NCBI RefSeq assembly: GCF_009914755.1
Contig: NC_060943.1
Length of the DNA stretch: 64,000 nt
From: the human T2T-CHM13v2.0 reference genome, Homo sapiens
Reading direction: 5' to 3' (one strand)
The translations under genes and the position numbers were made by a program. Positions 55,191 through 64,000 of this stretch are shown here, piece by piece (the first letter of the stretch is position 1; each line of letters opens with the position of its first letter). The notes under the pieces are model-generated. The model saw only the letters and a list, made by a program, of their open reading frames with translations. It ran no database searches and was not told the origin of the DNA.

Positions 55191-57869
55191 AGTTCACAGA
55201 AGGAGTTTCCATCTGAGGCTGAGAGTGGGCAGCAGAGGGGCGCCGTCTGATACAGAATATCCAGAATGTCTGCAGTTCCCTTGGCTACCCACACCGCGGG
55301 GCTTGAGGGACAGGAGCCGGCACAGGAGAGCTTGGCTGCAGTGTGGACAGTGGTGGGAGGCTGGTGGGTGCAGAAACGGGGAGGTCATTCAGGAAACGGT
55401 GGCAGGCGTCATGAAGCAAGTACGGAGGCTAGGCCCGCGGGGGAGGCTATGGGGAAGGAGAGACTGTGGGCAGCTCCAGGGAGGGCGGCCCAGACCCCGA
55501 GACAGACTGATGGGACCCGTGGAGAGAGAGGGCGAGAGAGGGATGGAGGGGCTGCGAGGCGTCCAGCCTGCATAACAGGTGAACAAATCTGCCTCTCTAA
55601 ACACGAGATCTGCCTGCAGGGAGGCGACTTCCCTGGTTCAGTCCCCTCTGATAGAGACCGGAGAAAAGGCCACCTGGGCAAAGCTTCCCAGGTGGGGCGA
55701 GCAGCTGTGGGAAACGGTGCGCACTGGAGCACCCTGGCCAGCCAGTTTTTCTCTGTGTTTGCAGAAAATAGTCATTTCCTCCTCTTTCTTCTTTTTATTG
55801 CCAGGAGAGAAGCATTTCCGCGAAGCCCCAGTGCACGTGATGGGAACGTGCTCCCACTTCCTATGAGTTGCTAGAATGCCGAACAGTCTTTGTGAACGCA
55901 AATGGATGGCCTTGTCAGCAGCGAGAATATGTGCAGAATATACAGTTGCATTAGACAGGGAGGTGGCCGGCATCCATGGAGCAGGTCTGCATGGGTACAG
56001 CCCGAGGGTCCGGAGGCGGGCTGGAGACCTACTCTGCCTCCGCCCAGCTTCCTCATGCTCGAGCCTGCTAGGGCAGGACTCAGCCCAGAGAGCCTGCTGG
56101 ATTTGGGGCTCTGTGTGGAAGGGCGAGGAGACATCGCAGTGCCACTCTGACACTGCATACATTTTCCTAAAGCACAGGAAAGGAAACAGAAGGCTCCAGG
56201 GAGCCCCAGGACTTGACCTCTGGGGTTGGGCCATTCTAAGGGCAGGCTCAGCAGTCTCTCTGCTCTCCAGGAAAGGCGTTCCCTCTACGGGAGACAGCTC
56301 TGGGCTTGCTTTGAGGGCTCCAGACTGGATTCAGCATACGCGGGAGCTGGGGGAGGGCGGCTTGCAAGGCGGTGAGCTCCCCGCCACTGGAAGCTGGAAG
56401 CTACAGGGAAGCTTCCGCGGAGGACTGGCGATGGCTTCTTTGCTCCAACAGCTGCTCCTTGTGCCAGGCTCAGGCTGAGTTACAGCTAGAGGTGCAGTGG
56501 CTACAAGAGTTTCTGCTCACGGTCATGGAAGAGAAAGAAAATGAACAAGGTAAGTGCCATGAAAAAAAAAAAAAAAGAGGCATGGGGGAGAGGTGGGGGA
56601 TTTTGCAGCTTGGTCCCCAGCAGAGAAGAGCCATTTGCTGAAAAGGAGTAGCACTGGGTGCATCTGGAGCAGCGGCAGCCCACGCAGAGGGAACAGCCAC
56701 TGCCGAGGCCCAGAAATGGACATTCGTTGTGACATTCGATGCTGCTGAGATGACATCTAGCAGTTGGTGCCTTCCCCTCCAAGTCCAGAGAAGGAGGTGA
56801 GGCCTCACCGGGGGGGCCTATGGCCTGGAAAAAACCTGTGTAGGTGTGAACTTGGTCTGGGGTCCACTGGGACGGGGGTGACAACCAGGCGGCCAAAGTG
56901 GAGCGTGGGAAGGGGCGTGTCAAAGCTGAGCTCTGTCCTGCAGGCCTATGGGCCAGCGGCTCCCTCTGTCAGGCTGGTGGGAGGGGGCTCCGTCTGCCAT
57001 CTCCCTCACCCGCCCCCCCCTCCCCCCCCCCCCGCTGTGGCTGCCAGCTCTCACACCCGGCATATGCTGGATTCTTATTTTAGCTACTGTGACAATTCTC
57101 AAAATAGGCACCAAAGAGGAAAAGGTGAGCCTTCCCCCACAGGTGCTGGAGGGAGGGCCACTGTGGGGCACACAGGCAGCCCCTCCCGACATGGGGTCTT
57201 ATTGTGTTTCCCTCACACTTGCAACGGGAACAGAGTTTCAAGGCTGAAAGTTTAAAAACTGCTTCAGGACTTCACGAAAACCCTGAATGAAAGTGCTTTA
57301 AAAAGTGGCAAAAAAAAGAAAGAAAAAGTAAAAACACCCAGAAAGTGCCAAAGAAAAACTGCAACAAAGTAGAGAAGTTAAAAATACCTTAAAGTAATGG
57401 AGAATGAGAGAGTTTAACATTCTCTTAGGAGGAAGATTTAATCCAGCAGCTGACACAAAGTGTTTGCAGTCGTGGCCCGGGAATCACGGGAGTTGAATCG
57501 GAGCCCCTGAAGATCACGTTCCCAATGAACAAGTGCAGGAACAGAGGCCACAGCACATACCCAGGGACATCAGAACTTCTCACATACAGGTTGGGTTTGC
57601 GTGCATAGAAATTCCTTCCTCTTACTAGGTACAAGCAAACCCTCCTGAAGGAACCAGAGATCCTAGAATTTCTAGGCCATGTGGACATCATCAGGATCCT
57701 CGTTGCTGTCTCAGTTGTGCTTACCCTTGGGGGACTTTCCTACTGGCTGAGAGAGCAGAAACAAGACATTAAACCAAGCTGGGGGTGTGCCTTCCAGCTT
57801 TGATGCTGAGCCAGAAAGATGGGGGTGGAGACGCCACTTCTGCAGAGCCCAGGGATGCCACTTGAGGAT

Positions 57870-58555
57870 GCTGTATTCGTTTTTTTATTGCTACATGACA
57901 GATTGCCACAAATTTAGCATTCAAAATAATATGTTTATTAACTCACATTTTCCATGGTCCAGGAATCCAGGCCCCAGGTTCTGCTCAGGGTCTCACGAGC
58001 CTGAAGTTGAGGGGCCCCCGGGCCTGCATTCTCATCTGGAACTTGAGGTCCTCTTTTAAGTTCATTCAGTTTGTTGTGAGAATTCAGTTCCCTGAGGTTG
58101 TAGGGCTGAGGCCCCTAGTTGTTTTTTTTTTTGTTTTTTTTTTTTTTTTGCTAGTTGCTTGCTGGGCCCATGCTCAGCTCTTAGGACCACCCTCTGTTCC
58201 CTGACTCAGGCTCCTGTCGTTGGTTTACAGTATTGATGTCTGGCCTCTTCCAGCATTGCAGGAACATGCCTCATGCTTTGAATCTCTCTGAATTCCCTGT
58301 CTGTGACCTCTAGACCCAGATTTAAAGGGCTCATGTGATTAGGTCAGGCCCACTCTGAGAAGCTCCCTTTTGTTGACTCAACTGATTAGTGACCTTAATC
58401 ACATCTGTTAGTCATTCAACACAGTGATCATGAGAATGATACCCCACCAAGTTCACATATTCACAGTTCCTGCCACGCTTGAGGGGAGGGAGTCACAGAA
58501 GCTGTGCATACCTGGGGCAGGAGTCTTGGGGCCACCCTAGAATTCTGCCACCACA
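57870..58555 (-). mobile_element. MLT1-type MaLR LTR
   Basis: tgtatt...ttgccacaaatttagc...gggctcatgtgattaggtcaggcccact...ctagaattctgccaccaca. Confidence 0.7.
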
Positions 58556-59094
58556 GGCATCCCTGTGGGACCAAGCCACAGCCATCCAGTGGTGCCCTGA
58601 CCCCTCCATGTCCCTTGGTGACCTCTCACCCGCTGTGCTGTCACTGACAGAATCCCAGAGACACGGGGCTGTGGAAACTTCTTCTAGTCATCTTGTCAGT
58701 GACAGGAAGGGTGCTTTGCCTTGCCCTAAGAGTGATGCTTAATGATCTCTCAGTTAACTGGCTTTTCCTCAAGGATCTGAAAGCCAAAGTCCTCCAAGGT
58801 TGATCACTGAGCCCCCACAGCCTATTTTATCATCAAGAAGGCATAAGTGTACAGGTTCCAAAGTCAGACAGCTGAGCTGCCTACCAGCTGTGCAGCTTTG
58901 GGCAAGTTGCCTGGCTTCTCTGAGGCTCAGTTTTCTCATTATAAAATCGAGACAAGATTGGCCCTACTTCTAGAATCATTGTGAAGATTAGAGTCTATTT
59001 AAAACACTTGGCACAGTGTGTGGCACACACAGTAAGCAGCTGGCACTTGTGATATGGTGGCATTATCTCTCATGCTTCTAGAGAGGTTGGGGTG

Positions 59095-59270
59095 AAGATG
59101 TGTGCATGAGTGTGCATATGTGCATGTGGTCATGTAGGTACATGTGCTCGCATGAGCATGTGTGAAAGCATGTGCGACCATGCATGCATGTATCACGTGT
59201 GTGTGCATTGTGCCTGCATAAATGTGTGAAAGTTTACATGTACATGTGTGAGTGCAAGCAGGCGGATGCA
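59095..59270. repeat. Degenerate alternating purine-pyrimidine (TG/CA) tract
   Basis: tgtgcatgagtgtgcatatgtgcatgtg... Confidence 0.8.
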
Positions 59271-59529
59271 CACAAGGTTCAAATTCAGGAGGTGTGATGC
59301 TAGTCACAGCTCAGTTTTCAAGAAGGTGCCTGGCATGGGCAGGAAGGTACCTGGCATTCCACTTTCTGCACCTCAGTTTCTCCATTTGCAAAGCAAAAGA
59401 TGGACTAGATTTTCTCTAAGTACTCATGCATCTCTAAGGTGGCACCATCCTACATGGAGGCCTTCCAGAACTTTCTTTGGCTCTTATTTGATTTGATCAT
59501 TTGTTTTTACATACTTTGTATATACATAC

Positions 59530-59573
59530 TGTATCAGTCAGAATTTTCCAGAGAAACAGAATCAAAAGGATGT

Positions 59574-59616
<43 letters not shown>

Positions 59617-59992
59617 TTTAGAAAGCTATTTATCATAAGGTATTGGCTCAAGCAATTATGGAGGCTGAGAAGTACAGACACAGGAGAGCTGATACTACGA
59701 ATTCCAGTGCAAGTCTGTGCTTGAAGGCAGGAGAAAACCGATGTCCCAGCTTGCAGACAGTCAGGCAAAGAGAAAGAATTTTCTTACTCAGCTTTTTGTT
59801 CTACTCAGGCCTTCAACTGATTGGACAAGCTCCACCCACACCAGAGAGGGCCACCTGCTTTCTTCAGTCCACTGATTCAAACGTTAATGACATCTAGAAA
59901 CACCCTTATGGACACACCCAGAAATAATGTTTAGCCAAGTATCTGGGCACTCCATGGCTCAGTCAAGTTAGCACATAAAATTAGCCATCACA
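59530..59992 (-). mobile_element. MLT2 (ERVL) solo LTR containing a (TAGA)10 STR
   Basis: tgtatcagtca...ccagagaaacagaa...aggtattggctca...aaaattagccatcaca; STR at 59575..59614. Confidence 0.85.
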
Positions 59993-62900
59993 GTTACTTT
60001 ACGTACATTTGCGTACACCAACGTACAACTTTTAAAGGTTAAAAATGTAGGAAAGATGCACTCGGTCACATTTGTGGAAGCTACGCTTGACAAGATAGCA
60101 ATGCTTAATGTGGAAGGCCACCATCACACCCTTTGTATCACTCTCCCCCAGGCCTTTTCTCCATTCTCCTGAATTGCACACTTTTCAAGTCTTCTGATCT
60201 GAAACATTTCTCCCCAATTGAGGCGATCGGACGTGATCTCAGACCGTAATGTATTGTAGCTTTTAACTGTTGAGCCAGACTTTCTGACTCAGCACATTTT
60301 AATCAATTTTCTTTGCTAAGATCAGGGAGATGTCATCTATAATAATCCCATCTGACCTCCCAAAGTCAGGCTGATAAAAATATTAATGTCAGCTTCTTGC
60401 AGCCTGGCAGAGAGCAACACCCAGCTTGACAAGCAAACAAATGGCTCAGAGCTGTCTGCAGGACACCGATGAACCCGTATTAATGAATAGCTTCATCAGC
60501 AAGCATTGCCCTCCAGGCAGAGCTGCCACAGGCTGGAGACTCATAAGAGGCTCAGCAGCCTTCCTGGCGAGGTCTTATTGCCCATCATTGGGGCCATGGA
60601 ACGTCAATTAGACATGTCTGCTAAGATGATTCACCCTCCTCCATAATGTGCTCCAGTTGGGCAGCTGGGATCACCCAACATGGCTCTTTACTTCTTTTAT
60701 TCTCCCTGCCTAGGAACCCTCCCATTGTCACCTGTGTCAGGTATTTCCAGCTGTGACATCAGAGACATTAGGCCCTCTGAGAACACTTAGCAATCCTAAA
60801 TAGGAATAAAGGATTATTCCCAAGGGTCACAACTTTATGAACCTTGACCTGATTCAGCAAGGAGTATGTTTATTTGATCATCTTGTTTGTTCATGCAGTT
60901 TCTCAAGAAACGATTACCAGGTAGGGTTTGAGTGACTCACAATACAAGCAGTTCAGCATCTCCCTAACTCTTGTCCCTCTGTGAATATCTATGCTTCTTG
61001 TCTGGACGCTGCAGGTTCTGAGTTTCTCACTCCTGATTTTACTGGGGCCATGGTAGAGCGAGGCAAATGTTAACGTGCTCACATCACAGATGCAATCACT
61101 TGTCCAGGCTGTGAGTCGGTGCTGGGGCAGCTGCACTGCTGGCCTCTGGACTCTGACTCCAGTGTTCATTGCATTAGCCCTCTCTCAAGTCCATCTTTCT
61201 GTCTCTAGTCTTCAGAGCCTGGGACCTTTCATTGTGAAAGAGGAGAGGACAAGCTTTTCCCATGCGGGTGAGCAGCGAATCCAAGTTGCCTGTCTCCACT
61301 CTTCAAAGGCAGGAAATTGTTTCACCATGTTCCACAAAAGGAATATGGTCTGCAAATGGAAGAATCATTTGGGAAAGCAGCTTATGCAGGAGCCCCAGGA
61401 GGGTGGCTGCAGTTGATTCAATGGTCTCATGACGGTGTGATGTGTGATGCAGTAGCCTCCTGGCAAAGAAGTGCCCCCAAGCAGACCCGCTGTATCCTTG
61501 GACCCTGCAGCAGCCAAACTACAATACATAGCCACAGGCATTGGCTTTGCCCATCCAGTCCCCTCTATACAGCCCATTCATATGACCTGAGCACTAAATA
61601 AAGACCTCAGAATGGCAGAGATACAGCCAGGGAGCCGCTGCTTACTAAATTACTAAAATGTAATGCCTCACTGGGTTGGATGCCGGCATTGGCAGGGCTT
61701 TTGTTTGTTGGTTTGTCTATTTGTTTAGCAAAATTAGCAAGCAAAATTAAACCCTTGTCACCTTCTTCAGCCGGAATGTGAGCTGGAAGACCATTCTCCA
61801 GAGCAGAGCCTTCATTTGCAGGCTTTTCTATAACTGGGGAGCAGTGGAGGGACAGGAGGTGGAAGGGCACTGCTGTAACCACCACAGGGCATCTTACTCA
61901 GCCCCAGGAGTGAAAGTGGAAAGAAAAGCACAGGCAGAGAGACCTGCACACTTTCCCTGCTCCCTAGAGGACCCTGCCAATCCCGGGCTGTCTGGGTACT
62001 GCCTCCCAGGAGCTCTGTAGGAAACTGGAAAGGGAGTGGTTGGAAACACAGTCTCTGCAGTCGGAGCTGGAACAAGTCACTGAATCCCTCTGTGTCTCCA
62101 CTTCCTTGTTTTATCTCAAGGATGATAATACTAGCATATATCTCCCAGGGTGGTTGTGAAGGTTCAATAAGGTGCATATGCAATATGCTTAGCACCAAAA
62201 CTGGCTCGTAATTACATGCACAATAAATGCTAGCTTTCATTAATGCTGTCTGTCACGTGTGAGATAAAGCTACTGGTCCCAGGAGGCCTCTACTCCTGCT
62301 AGGATGCAGTTCCCTTGGGCAAATGGTACTCCCAGGGCTGGTGCGCAGCGCCTCTGAGCAGCTGACAGCCAAGATTAGATGAGTTAAGACTGTGTCTCCT
62401 ACCTCCATTTGCAAAATCCTCTATAAAAAGGTAGAGTAGGTAAGGTGGAAGGAGAGAGTGAGTCACCCTTCCTGGAGCACAAGCCAGCGGCGCCCTGACC
62501 CCCACCTGTGCTGTGTCCCATCAAGCTCCCGTAAGAGGCCTGTGTACATCCTGCTGTCTTTCCCCAGCACAGCCTGCTTTGCACCTCCTCCAAGATCCTG
62601 CTATATGGAGGTGATTTGGGAGGAAGACAGGACCATGGGTTTCCCTGACCTGCCTATTTCTTTGTCCTAAATAGTGTTACCGAGCCCCAGGTCTTCAGGC
62701 ATAAAGGGACCTCTCAGGCTGGGACAACACAGTGCATCTTAGAGGGAGCCACCATGAACTCTGGAACCTTGGTGCCACGTGACATCCAAGGACATTTGTG
62801 TAACTCAGCAGAGTAAATGAGGACAAGGAGGACTAAATTGCTATCTGAGATCGCCTTTCCCATCAGCAAGATGGTGGAACTGGGGTTCTCAGTGTCCAGT

Positions 62901-63756
62901 TTAAGTTGATTTAAAGAAACTTGAGAATTGTAATATGTATTGCATGCTGCAATCATGAACTATCGCTCATACCTGCTGCACATCTAGCCCCCCTCCCTTC
63001 CTCCGCTGCCACTTTTGGTCCAGCATGAAAAGACCTCCTAGCTGGTCTCCCCACATCCTCTTGTTCTCCTTCTGCCTACTCTGCACATGGCAGCCACAAT
63101 GACATTTGTAAAATGGATATCTGGTCATGCTTCTCCTTTGCTAAGACCCTAGGAGGACCACCACTGCTGCTCAGCAACCCACCCCCCACTGGCTCTCAGC
63201 CACCCACTCCACCCCATCCTCTTTGGCGCCAGGCTCCAGCTGTCTCCATCATTGCCAGCTTTCACTGAGCTCTCACAGTAGGCCTGAAGCTCTTCCACTT
63301 ATTGTATGACCTCATTTAGTCTCAACTCCTTGGGAGATATCTTCACAGAGGCACAGTGAAGTTAAATTATTTGGCTAGGATTGCCAAGCCAGGGCCCCAA
63401 ACCTAGTCCCAGCCCATCTCTTCTATCTTAATAAATATCATCAGCTGCCCAGCATGTCATGCCAGATGCCCAGGAGCCACCTTCCATCCTCTTCCTCCAT
63501 CACCCCCTATATTTACTGCAGCAGCAAGGCCTGTGGATTTTCATTCACCTGCCTCCCGTGCACACATTTGTCCCTTCCACTGCCGTCTCGCTGGTCCAGT
63601 CACCACCATCCCTCACTGGAACAACTCCAGCAGCCTCCTCGCTGGATGGCCTGCTCTAATCATGCCCTCTGTTTGTTTCTCTTCCTCTCTCCTTTCCTCC
63701 CTCCTTTCCTTCTTTGCTCTCTTCCTCTCTCCTTCCATCCTTTCTCCTTTTTCTTT

Positions 63757-64000
<244 letters not shown>

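Noticed and set aside
55227-55245. CTCF-like gcagcagaggggcgcc
   Set aside because: An extra G breaks the core spacing; not supportable without ChIP data.
55266-56478. Several ~200-aa ORFs
   Set aside because: They overlap in multiple frames and strands, show no recognisable domain, and are explained by high GC content.
62420-62470. TATAAAA plus AP-1-like TGAGTCA
   Set aside because: Short motifs expected by chance; no supporting gene structure.

Overview
Primate (human-like) genomic DNA, mostly intergenic and repeat-rich. It begins inside the CpG-island promoter and coding exon 1 of UQCRFS1 (minus strand, CDS 7..220; missed by the ORF track), which places it at 19q12 if human. The rest holds two full-length LINE-1s, about 20 Alus, MaLR/ERV solo LTRs, a 7SL pseudogene, a MER53 MITE, MIR/L2/L1M remnants and microsatellites. 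The most notable object is the plus-strand L1 at ~12.9-18.9 kb. Its ORF1 carries five stops and a frameshift, yet its 1275-aa ORF2 is fully open. It looks like an L1PA3 backbone with an internal ~1.8-2 kb L1HS-type tract. It has a mutated YY1 site and an intact antisense ORF0 whose first splice donor has the same phase as UQCRFS1 exon 1, so an ORF0-Rieske fusion lacking most of the mitochondrial presequence is possible in principle. Subfamily calls rest on remembered consensus diagnostics and need alignment to confirm. Almost all short ORFs in the supplied track are repeat-derived or random.
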